From Auanema rhodensis (taxonomy: Eukaryota; Animalia; Nematoda), in assembly GCA_964057225.1 (NCBI GenBank), contig OZ059900.1:20398001-20462000 (forward strand): a stretch of 64,000 nt of DNA. Reading direction: 5' to 3'. The position numbers were made by a program, and so were the translations under genes. The notes under the pieces were generated by a model that saw only the letters and a list, made by a program, of their open reading frames with translations, did not search any database and was not told the DNA's origin. Of this stretch, positions 1 through 11,999 are shown one piece after another. How positions within the stretch are numbered: the stretch's first letter is position 1; the number at the start of each line of letters is the position of its first letter.

Positions 1-147
1 CCCATGAGAAATATTTTATTATGCTGGAAAACCAGTTTTTGGAAATTTCGCTGTAAACAAGGTTTTGACTTACGATTTCATGTGTTCAAACTCATGCAAT
101 GTCAATGAAACCTAGCTCAAAATTGTTTCTACAACGTCTAGTTCCAC
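1..147 (-). repeat. Partial monomer of the same satellite in inverted orientation (end of an oppositely oriented block, cut by the window edge)
   Basis: 1-147 is the reverse complement of 283-429 with 2 mismatches (positions 128-129). Confidence 0.98.
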
Positions 148-173
148 GTAAAATAAATAAAATAAATAAAAAT
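148..173. other. 26-bp A/T-rich junction linker at the satellite inversion breakpoint
   Basis: GTAAAATAAATAAAATAAATAAAAAT = G + (TAAAATAAA)x2 + TAAAAAT. It is not colinear with the monomer on either strand and lies exactly between the - strand and + strand blocks. Confidence 0.93.
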
Positions 174-1799
174 ACGACTCATATGAACAAAAATCGATTT
201 AATCAATATTAGCCATAAGGGGCGTGCCCTCAGAATATGCTAATTTCCTTAATTTTCTAACCCCTGTTTTTTTGTCGTGAAAGTGGAACTAGACGTTGTA
301 CGAACAATTTTGAGCTAGGTTTCATTGACATTGCATGAGTTTGAACACATGAAATCGTAAGTCAAAACCTTGTTTACAGCGAAATTTCCAAAAACTGGTT
401 TTCCAGCATAATAAAATATTTCTCATGGGAAATACTGTGTTTTTGTATTTTTCTAGTGTTCAGCATCTGAAATGCTTCATTTTAGTATGTAACACGCTGA
501 AATTCGTTGCATTTGACGACTCATATGAACAAAAATCGATTTAATCAATATTAGCCATAAGGGGCGTGCCCTGAGAATATGCTAATTTCCTTAATTTTCT
601 AACCCCTGTTTTTTTGTCGTGAAAGTGGAACTAGACGTTGTACGAACAATTTTGAGCTAGGTTTCATTGACATTGCATGAGTTTGAACACATGAAATCGT
701 AAGTCAAAACCTTGTTTACAGCGAAATTAAAAAACTGGTTTTCCAGCATAATAAAATATTTCTCATGGGAAATACTGTGTTTTTGTATTTTTCTAGTGTT
801 CAGCATGTAAAATGCTTCATTTTAGTATGTAACACGCTGAAATTCGTTGCATTTGACGACTCATATGAACAAAAATCGATTTAATCAATATTAGCCATAA
901 GGGGCGTGCCCTCAGAATATGCTAATTTCCTTAATTTTCTAACCCCTGTTTTTTTGTCGTGAAAGTGGAACTAGACGTTGTACGAACAATTTTGAGCTAG
1001 GTTTCATTGACATTGCATGAGTTTGAACATATGAAATCGTAAGTCAAAACCTTGTTTACAGCGAAATTTCCAAAAACTTGTTTTCCAGCATAATAAAATA
1101 TTTCTCATGGGAAATACTGTGTTTTTGTATTTTTCTAGTGTTCAGCATGTAAAATGCTTCATTTTAGTATGTAACACGCTGAAATTCGTTGCATTTGACG
1201 ACTCATATGAACAAAAATCGATTTAATCAATATTAGCCATAAGGGGCGTGCCCTCAGAATATGCTAATTTCCTTAATTTTCTAACCCCTGTTTTTTTGTC
1301 GTGAAAGTGGAACTAGACGTTGTACGAACAATTTTGAGCTAGGTTTCATTGACATTGCATGAGTTTGAACACATGAAATCGTAAGTCAAAACCTTGTTTA
1401 CAGCGAAATTTCCAAAAACTGGTTTTCCAGCATAATAAAATATTTCTCATGGGAAATACTGTGTTTTTGTATTTTTCTAGTGTTCAGCATGTAAAATGCT
1501 TCATTTTAGTATGTAACACGCTGAAATTCGTTGCATTTGACGACTCATATGAACAAAAATCGATTTAATCAATATTAGCCATAAGGGGCGTGCCCTCAGA
1601 ATATGCTAATTTCCTTAATTTTCTAACCCCTGTTTTTTTGTCGTGAAAGTGGAACTAGACGTTGTACGAACAATTTTGAGCTAGGTTTCATTGACATTGC
1701 ATGAGTTTGAACACATGAAATCGTAAGTCAAAACCTTGTTTACAGCGAAATTTCCAAAAACTGGTTTTCCAGCATAATAAAATATTTCTCATGGGAAAT

Positions 1800-4700
1800 A
1801 CTGTGTTTTTGTATTTTTCTAGTGTTCAGCATGTAAAATGCTTCATTTTAGTCTGTAACACGCTGAAATTCGTTGCATTTGACGACTCATATAAACAAAA
1901 ATCGATTTAATCAATATTAGCCATAAGGGGCGTGCCCTCAGAATATGCTAATTTCCTTAATTTTCTAACCCCTGTTTTTTTTGTCGTGAAAGTGGAACTA
2001 GACGTTGTACGAACATTTTTGAGCTAGGTTTCATTGACATTGCATGAGTTTGAACACATGAAATCGTAAGTCAAAACCTTGTTTACAGCGAAATTTAAAA
2101 AACTGGTTTTCCAGCATAATAAAATATTTCTCATGGGAAATACTGTGTTTTTGTATTTTTCTAGTGTTCAGCATGTAAAATGCTTCATTTTAGTATGTAA
2201 CACGCTGAAATTCGTTGCATTTGACGACTCATATGAACAAAAATCGATTTAATCAATATTAGCCATAAGGGGCGTGCCCTCAGAATATGCTAATTTCCTT
2301 AATTTTCTAACCCCTGTTTTTTTGTCGTGAAAGTGGAACTAGACGTTGTACGAACAATTTTGAGCTAGGTTTCATTGACATTGCATGAGTTTGAACACAT
2401 GAAATCGTAAGTCAAAACCTTGTTTACAGCGAAATTTCCAAAAACTGGTTTTCCAGCATAATAAAATATTTCTCATGGGAAATACTGTGTTTTTGTATTT
2501 TTCTAGTGTTCAGCATGTAAAATGCTTCATTTTAGTATGTAACACGCTGAAATTCGTTGCATTTGACGACTCATATGAACAAAAATCGATTTAATCAATA
2601 TTAGCCATAAGGGGCGTGCCCTCAGAATATGCTAATTTCCTTAATTTTCTAACCCCTGTTTTTTTGTCGTGAAAGTGGAACTAGACGTTGTACGAACAAT
2701 TTTGAGCTAGGTTTCATTGACATTGCATGAGTTTGAACACATGAAATCGTAAGTCAAAACCTTGTTTACAGCGAAATTTCCAAAAACTGGTTTTCCAGCA
2801 TAATAAAATATTTCTCATGGGAAATACTGTGTTTTTGTATTTTTCTAGTGTTCAGCATGTAAAATGCTTCATTTTAGTCTGTAACACGCTGAAATTCGTT
2901 GCATTTGACGACTCATATAAACAAAAATCGATTTAATCAATATTAGCCATAAGGGGCGTGCCCTCAGAATATGCTAATTTCCTTAATTTTCTAACCCCTG
3001 TTTTTTTTGTCGTGAAAGTGGAACTAGACGTTGTACGAACATTTTTGAGCTAGGTTTCATTGACATTGCATGAGTTTGAACACATGAAATCGTAAGTCAA
3101 AACCTTGTTTACAGCGAAATTTAAAAAACTGGTTTTCCAGCATAATAAAATATTTCTCATGGGAAATACTGTGTTTTTGTATTTTTCTAGTGTTCAGCAT
3201 GTAAAATGCTTCATTTTAGTATGTAACACGCTGAAATTCGTTGCATTTGACGACTCATATGAACAAAAATCGATTTAATCAATATTAGCCATAAGGGGCG
3301 TGCCCTCAGAATATGCTAATTTCCTTAATTTTCTAACCCCTGTTTTTTTGTCGTGAAAGTGGAACTAGACGTTGTACGAACAATTTTGAGCTAGGTTTCA
3401 TTGACATTGCATGAGTTTGAACACATGAAATCGTAAGTCAAAACCTTGTTTACAGCGAAATTTCCAAAAACTGGTTTTCCAGCATAATAAAATATTTCTC
3501 ATGGGAAATACTGTGTTTTTGTATTTTTCTAGTGTTCAGCATGTAAAATGCTTCATTTTAGTGTGTAACACGCTGAAATTCGTTGCATTTGACGACTCAT
3601 ATGAACAAAAATCGATTTAATCAATATTAGCCATAAGGGGCGTGCCCTCAGAATATGCTAATTTCCTTAATTTTCTAACCCCTGTTTTTTTGTCGTGAAA
3701 GTGGAACTAGACGTTGAACGGACAATTTTGAGCTAGGTTTCATTGATATTGCATGAGTTTGAACACATGAAATCGTAAGTCAAAACCTTGTTTACAGCGA
3801 AATTTCCAAAAACTGGTTTTCCAGCATAATAAAATATTTCTCATGGGAAATACTGTGTTTTTGTATTTTTCTAGTGTTCAGCATGTAAAATGCTTCATTT
3901 TAGTATGTAACACGCTGAAATTCGTTGCAGTTGACGACTCATATGAACAAAAATCGATTTAATCAATATTAGCCATAAGGGGCGTGCCCTCAGAATATGC
4001 TAATTTCCTTAATTTTCTAACCCCTGTTTTTTTGTCGTGAAAGTGGAACTAGACGTTGTACGAACAATTTTGAGCTAGGTTTCATTGACATTGCATGAGT
4101 TTGAACACATGAAATCGTAAGTCAAAACCTTGTTTACAGCGAAATTTCCAAAAACTGGTTTTCCAGCATAATAAAATATTTCTCATGGGAAATACTGTGT
4201 TTTTGTATTTTCCTAGTGTTCAGCATGTAAAATGCTTCATTTTAGTATGTAACACGCTGAAATTCGTTGCATTTGACGACTCATATGAACAAAAATCGAT
4301 TTAATCAATATTAGCCATAAGGGGCGTGCCCTCAGAATATGCTAATTTCCTTAATTTTCTAACCCCTGTTTTTTTGTCGTGAAAGTGGAACTAGACGTTG
4401 TACGAACAATTTTGAGCTAGGTTTCATTGACATTGCATGAGTTTGAACACATGAAATCGTAAGTCAAAACCTTGTTTACAGCGAAATTTCCAAAAACTGG
4501 TTTTCCAGCATAATAAAATATTTCTCATGGGAAATACTGTGTTTTTGTATTTTTCTAGTGTTCAGCATGTAAAATGCTTCATTTTAGTATGTAACACGCT
4601 GAAATTCGTTGCATTTGACGACTCATATGAACAAAAATCGATTTAATCAATATTAGCCATAAGGGGCGTGCCCTCAGAATATGCTAATTTCCTTAATTTT

Positions 4701-7700
4701 CTAACCCCTGTTTTTTTGTCGTGAAAGTGGAACTAGACGTTGTACGAACAATTTTGAGCTAGGTTTCATTGACATTGCATGAGTTTGAACACATGAAATC
4801 GTAAGTCAAAACCTTGTTTACAGCGAAATTTAAAAAACTGGTTTTCAAGCATAATAAAATATTTCTCATGGGTAATACTGTGTTTTTGTATTTTTCTAGT
4901 GTTCAGCATGTAAAATGCTTCATTTTAGTGTGTAACACGCTGAAATTCGTTGCATTTGACGACTCATATGAACAAAAATCGATTTAATCAATATTAGCCA
5001 TAAGGGGCGTGCCCTCAGAATATGCTAATTTCCTTAATTTTCTAACCCCTGTTTTTTTGTCGTGAAAGTGGAACTAGACGTTGTACGAACAATTTTGAGC
5101 TAGGTTTCATTGACATTGCATGAGTTTGAACACATGAAATCGTAAGTCAAAACCTTGTTTACAGCGAAATTTAAAAAACTGGTTTTCAAGCATAATAAAA
5201 TATTTCTCATGGGAAATACTGTGTTTTTGTATTTTTCTAGTGTTCAGCATGTAAAATGCTTAATTTTAGTGTGTAACACGCTGAAATTCGTTGCATTTGA
5301 CGACTCATATGAACAAAAATCGATTTAATCAATATTAGCCATAAGGGGCGTGCCCTCAGAATATGCTAATTTCCTTAATTTTCTAACCCCTGTTTTTTTG
5401 TCGTGAAAGTGGAACTAGACGTTGTACGAACAATTTTGAGCTAGGTTTCATTGACATTGCATGAGTTTGAACACATGAAATCGTAAGTCAAAACCTTGTT
5501 TACAGCGAAATTTCCAAAAACTGGTTTTCAAGCATAATAAAATATTTCTCATGGGAAATACTGTGTTTTTGTATTTTTCTAGTGTTCAGCATGTAAAATG
5601 CTTCATTTTAGTCTGTAACACGCTGAAATTCGTTGCATTTGACGACTCATATAAACAAAAATCGATTTAATCAATATTAGCCATAAGGGGCGTGCCCTCA
5701 GAATATGCTAATTTCCTTAATTTTCTAACCCCTGTTTTTTTTGTCGTGAAAGTGGAACTAGACGTTGTACGAACATTTTTGAGCTAGGTTTCATTGACAT
5801 TGCATGAGTTTGAACACATGAAATCGTAAGTCAAAACCTTGTTTACAGCGAAATTTAAAAAACTGGTTTTCCAGCATAATAAAATATTTCTCATGGGAAA
5901 TACTGTGTTTTTGTATTTTTCTAGTGTTCAGCATGTAAAATGCTTCATTTTAGTATGTAACACGCTGAAATTCGTTGCATTTGACGACTCATATGAACAA
6001 AAATCGATTTAATCAATATTAGCCATAAGGGGCGTGCCCTCAGAATATGCTAATTTCCTTAATTTTCTAACCCCTGTTTTTTTGTCGTGAAAGTGGAACT
6101 AGACGTTGTACGAACAATTTTGAGCTAGGTTTCATTGACATTGCATGAGTTTGAACACATGAAATCGTAAGTCAAAACCTTGTTTACAGCGAAATTTCCA
6201 AAAACTGGTTTTCCAGCATAATAAAATATTTCTCATGGGAAATACTGTGTTTTTGTATTTTTCTAGTGTTCAGCATGTAAAATGCTTCATTTTAGTATGT
6301 AACACGCTGAAATTCGTTGCATTTGACGACTCATATGAACAAAAATCGATTTAATCAATATTAGCCATAAGGGGCGTGCCCTCAGAATATGCTAATTTCC
6401 TTAATTTTCTAACCCCTGTTTTTTTGTCGTGAAAGTGGAACTAGACGTTGTACGAACAATTTTGAGCTAGGTTTCATTGACATTGCATGAGTTTGAACAC
6501 ATGAAATCGTAAGTCAAAACCTTGTTTACAGCGAAATTTCCAAAAACTGGTTTTCCAGCATAATAAAATATTTCTCATGGGAAATACTGTGTTTTTGTAT
6601 TTTTCTAGTGTTCAGCATGTAAAATGCTTCATTTTAGTCTGTAACACGCTGAAATTCGTTGCATTTGACGACTCATATAAACAAAAATCGATTTAATCAA
6701 TATTAGCCATAAGGGGCGTGCCCTCAGAATATGCTAATTTCCTTAATTTTCTAACCCCTGTTTTTTTTGTCGTGAAAGTGGAACTAGACGTTGTACGAAC
6801 ATTTTTGAGCTAGGTTTCATTGACATTGCATGAGTTTGAACACATGAAATCGTAAGTCAAAACCTTGTTTACAGCGAAATTTAAAAAACTGGTTTTCCAG
6901 CATAATAAAATATTTCTCATGGGAAATACTGTGTTTTTGTATTTTTCTAGTGTTCAGCATGTAAAATGCTTCATTTTAGTATGTAACACGCTGAAATTCG
7001 TTGCATTTGACGACTCATATGAACAAAAATCGATTTAATCAATATTAGCCATAAGGGGCGTGCCCTCAGAATATGCTAATTTCCTTAATTTTCTAACCCC
7101 TGTTTTTTTGTCGTGAAAGTGGAACTAGACGTTGTACGAACAATTTTGAGCTAGGTTTCATTGACATTGCATGAGTTTGAACACATGAAATCGTAAGTCA
7201 AAACCTTGTTTACAGCGAAATTTCCAAAAACTGGTTTTCCAGCATAATAAAATATTTCTCATGGGAAATACTGTGTTTTTGTATTTTTCTAGTGTTCAGC
7301 ATGTAAAATGCTTCATTTTAGTGTGTAACACGCTGAAATTCGTTGCATTTGACGACTCATATGAACAAAAATCGATTTAATCAATATTAGCCATAAGGGG
7401 CGTGCCCTCAGAATATGCTAATTTCCTTAATTTTCTAACCCCTGTTTTTTTGTCGTGAAAGTGGAACTAGACGTTGAACGGACAATTTTGAGCTAGGTTT
7501 CATTGATATTGCATGAGTTTGAACACATGAAATCGTAAGTCAAAACCTTGTTTACAGCGAAATTTCCAAAAACTGGTTTTCCAGCATAATAAAATATTTC
7601 TCATGGGAAATACTGTGTTTTTGTATTTTTCTAGTGTTCAGCATGTAAAATGCTTCATTTTAGTATGTAACACGCTGAAATTCGTTGCAGTTGACGACTC

Positions 7701-10400
7701 ATATGAACAAAAATCGATTTAATCAATATTAGCCATAAGGGGCGTGCCCTCAGAATATGCTAATTTCCTTAATTTTCTAACCCCTGTTTTTTTGTCGTGA
7801 AAGTGGAACTAGACGTTGTACGAACAATTTTGAGCTAGGTTTCATTGACATTGCATGAGTTTGAACACATGAAATCGTAAGTCAAAACCTTGTTTACAGC
7901 GAAATTTCCAAAAACTGGTTTTCCAGCATAATAAAATATTTCTCATGGGAAATACTGTGTTTTTGTATTTTCCTAGTGTTCAGCATGTAAAATGCTTCAT
8001 TTTAGTATGTAACACGCTGAAATTCGTTGCATTTGACGACTCATATGAACAAAAATCGATTTAATCAATATTAGCCATAAGGGGCGTGCCCTCAGAATAT
8101 GCTAATTTCCTTAATTTTCTAACCCCTGTTTTTTTGTCGTGAAAGTGGAACTAGACGTTGTACGAACAATTTTGAGCTAGGTTTCATTGACATTGCATGA
8201 GTTTGAACACATGAAATCGTAAGTCAAAACCTTGTTTACAGCGAAATTTCCAAAAACTGGTTTTCCAGCATAATAAAATATTTCTCATGGGAAATACTGT
8301 GTTTTTGTATTTTTCTAGTGTTCAGCATGTAAAATGCTTCATTTTAGTGTGTAACACGCTGAAATTCGTTGCATTTGACGACTCATATGAACAAAAATCG
8401 ATTTAATCAATATTAGCCATAAGGGGCGTGCCCTCAGAATATGCTAATTTCCTTAATTTTCTAACCCCTGTTTTTTTGTCGTGAAAGTGGAACTAGACGT
8501 TGAACGGACAATTTTGAGCTAGGTTTCATTGATATTGCATGAGTTTGAACACATGAAATCGTAAGTCAAAACCTTGTTTACAGCGAAATTTCCAAAAACT
8601 GGTTTTCCAGCATAATAAAATATTTCTCATGGGAAATACTGTGTTTTTGTATTTTTCTAGTGTTCAGCATGTAAAATGCTTCATTTTAGTATGTAACACG
8701 CTGAAATTCGTTGCAGTTGACGACTCATATGAACAAAAATCGATTTAATCAATATTAGCCATAAGGGGCGTGCCCTCAGAATATGCTAATTTCCTTAATT
8801 TTCTAACCCCTGTTTTTTTGTCGTGAAAGTGGAACTAGACGTTGTACGAACAATTTTGAGCTAGGTTTCATTGACATTGCATGAGTTTGAACACATGAAA
8901 TCGTAAGTCAAAACCTTGTTTACAGCGAAATTTCCAAAAACTGGTTTTCCAGCATAATAAAATATTTCTCATGGGAAATACTGTGTTTTTGTATTTTCCT
9001 AGTGTTCAGCATGTAAAATGCTTCATTTTAGTATGTAACACGCTGAAATTCGTTGCATTTGACGACTCATATGAACAAAAATCGATTTAATCAATATTAG
9101 CCATAAGGGGCGTGCCCTCAGAATATGCTAATTTCCTTAATTTTCTAACCCCTGTTTTTTTGTCGTGAAAGTGGAACTAGACGTTGTACGAACAATTTTG
9201 AGCTAGGTTTCATTGACATTGCATGAGTTTGAACACATGAAATCGTAAGTCAAAACCTTGTTTACAGCGAAATTTCCAAAAACTGGTTTTCCAGCATAAT
9301 AAAATATTTCTCATGGGAAATACTGTGTTTTTGTATTTTTCTAGTGTTCAGCATGTAAAATGCTTCATTTTAGTGTGTAACACGCTGAAATTCGTTGCAT
9401 TTGACGACTCATATGAACAAAAATCGATTTAATCAATATTAGCCATAAGGGGCGTGCCCTCAGAATATGCTAATTTCCTTAATTTTCTAACCCCTGTTTT
9501 TTTGTCGTGAAAGTGGAACTAGACGTTGTACGAACAATTTTGAGCTAGGTTTCATTGACATTGCATGAGTTTGAACACATGAAATCGTAAGTCAAAACCT
9601 TGTTTACAGCGAAATTTAAAAAACTGGTTTTCAAGCATAATAAAATATTTCTCATGGGTAATACTGTGTTTTTGTATTTTTCTAGTGTTCAGCATGTAAA
9701 ATGCTTCATTTTAGTGTGTAACACGCTGAAATTCGTTGCATTTGACGACTCATATGAACAAAAATCGATTTAATCAATATTAGCCATAAGGGGCGTGCCC
9801 TCAGAATATGCTAATTTCCTTAATTTTCTAACCCCTGTTTTTTTGTCGTGAAAGTGGAACTAGACGTTGTACGAACAATTTTGAGCTAGGTTTCATTGAC
9901 ATTGCATGAGTTTGAACACATGAAATCGTAAGTCAAAACCTTGTTTACAGCGAAATTTAAAAAACTGGTTTTCAAGCATAATAAAATATTTCTCATGGGA
10001 AATACTGTGTTTTTGTATTTTTCTAGTGTTCAGCATGTAAAATGCTTAATTTTAGTGTGTAACACGCTGAAATTCGTTGCATTTGACGACTCATATGAAC
10101 AAAAATCGATTTAATCAATATTAGCCATAAGGGGCGTGCCCTCAGAATATGCTAATTTCCTTAATTTTCTAACCCCTGTTTTTTTGTCGTGAAAGTGGAA
10201 CTAGACGTTGTACGAACAATTTTGAGCTAGGTTTCATTGACATTGCATGAGTTTGAACACATGAAATCGTAAGTCAAAACCTTGTTTACAGCGAAATTTC
10301 CAAAAACTGGTTTTCAAGCATAATAAAATATTTCTCATGGGAAATACTGTGTTTTTGTATTTTTCTAGTGTTCAGCATGTAAAATGCTTCATTTTAGTAT
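1800..10400 (+). repeat. Higher-order duplication: 11-monomer unit followed by a copy enlarged to 14 monomers by an internal 3-mer duplication
   Basis: The variant set GTCTGTAAC/ATAAACAA/T8/GAACATTTTT occurs at ~1851, 2877, 5611 and 6637 (offsets 1026 and 3760). GCAGTTG occurs at ~3928, 7688 and 8714. GGGTAATAC occurs at ~4871 and 9657 (offset ~4786). Confidence 0.85.
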
Positions 10401-11999
10401 GTAACACGCTGAAATTCGTTGCATTTGACGACTCATATGAACAAAAATCGATTTAATCAATATTAGCCATAAGGGGCGTGCCCTCAGAATATGCTAATTT
10501 CCTTAATTTTCTAACCCCTGTTTTTTTGTCGTGAAAGTGGAACTAGACGTTGTACGAACAATTTTGAGCTAGGTTTCATTGACATTGCATGAGTTTGAAC
10601 ACATGAAATCGTAAGTCAAAACCTTGTTTACAGCGAAATTTAAAAAACTGGTTTTCAAGCATAATAAAATATTTCTCATGGGAAATACTGTGTTTTTGTA
10701 TTTTTCTAGTGTTCAGCATGTAAAATGCTTCATTTTAGTGTGTAACACGCTGAAATTCGTTGCATTTGACGACTCATATGAACAAAAATCGATTTAATCA
10801 ATATTAGCCATAAGGGGCGTGCCCTCAGAATATGCTAATTTCCTTAATTTTCTAACCCCTATTTTTTTGTCGTGAAAGTGGAACTAGACGTTGTACGAAC
10901 AATTTTGAGCTAGGTTTCATTGACATTGCATGAGTTTGAACACATGAAATCGTAAGTCAAAACCTTGTTTACAGCGAAATTTCCAAAAACTGGTTTTCCA
11001 GCATAATAAAATATTTCTCATGGGAAATACTGTGTTTTTGTATTTTTCTAGTGTTCAGCATGTAAAATGCTTCATTTTAGTATGTAACACGCTGAAATTC
11101 GTTGCATTTGACGACTCATATGAACAAAAATCGATTTAATCAATATTAGCCATAAGGGGCGTGCCCTCAGAATATGCTAATTTCCTTAATTTTCTAACCC
11201 CTGTTTTTTTGTCGTGAAAGTGGAACTAGACGTTGAACGGACAATTTTGAGCTAGGTTTCATTGATATTGCATGAGTTTGAACACATGAAATCGTAAGTC
11301 AAAACCTTGTTTACAGCGAAATTTCCAAAAACTGGTTTTCCAGCATAATAAAATATTTCTCATGGGAAATACTGTGTTTTTGTATTTTTCTAGTGTTCAG
11401 CATGTAAAATGCTTCATTTTAGTATGTAACACGCTGAAATTCGTTGCATTTGACGACTCATATGAACAAAAATCGATTTAATCAATATTAGCCATAAGGG
11501 GCGTGCCCTCAGAATATGCTAATTTCCTTAATTTTCTAACCCCTGTTTTTTTGTCGTGAAAGTGGAACTAGACGTTGTACGAACAATTTTGAGCTAGGTT
11601 TCATTGACATTGCATGAGTTTGAACACATGAAATCGTAAGTCAAAACCTTGTTTACAGCGAAATTTCCAAAAACTGGTTTTCAAGCATAATAAAATATTT
11701 CTCATGGGAAATACTGTGTTTTTGTATTTTTCTAGTGTTCAGCATGTAAAATGCTTCATTTTAGTATGTAACACGCTGAAATTCGTTGCATTTGACGACT
11801 CATATGAACAAAAATCGATTTAATCAATATTAGCCATAAGGGGCGTGCCCTCAGAATATGCTAATTTCCTTAATTTTCTAACCCCTGTTTTTTTGTCGTG
11901 AAAGTGGAACTAGACGTTGTACGAACAATTTTGAGCTAGGTTTCATTGACATTGCATGAGTTTGAACACATGAAATCGTAAGTCAAAACCTTGTTTACA

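Noticed and set aside
148-173. Polyadenylation signals (AATAAA) or a TE insertion with target-site duplication
   Set aside because: AATAAA follows from the low-complexity repeat. The flanks are opposite-strand, non-contiguous monomer positions, so the ACG...ACG match is not a true TSD.
326-331. TTGACA bacterial -35 element
   Set aside because: There is no appropriately spaced -10 box and the context is satellite DNA, so this is a chance hexamer.
174-515. Alpha-satellite dimer (2 x 171 bp)
   Set aside because: I see no evident 171-bp internal duplication and no recognisable alphoid sequence. The length match is coincidental.
174-515. 5S rRNA, tRNA, snRNA or spliced-leader tandem gene unit
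   Set aside because: I recognise no conserved motifs or Pol III A/B/C boxes. The T7 run alone is insufficient. An Rfam/Infernal search would settle it.
502-518. CENP-B box-like ATTCGTTGCATTTGACG
   Set aside because: It matches TTCG....A but lacks the CGGG half (6 of 9 core positions), so it is not supportable as functional.
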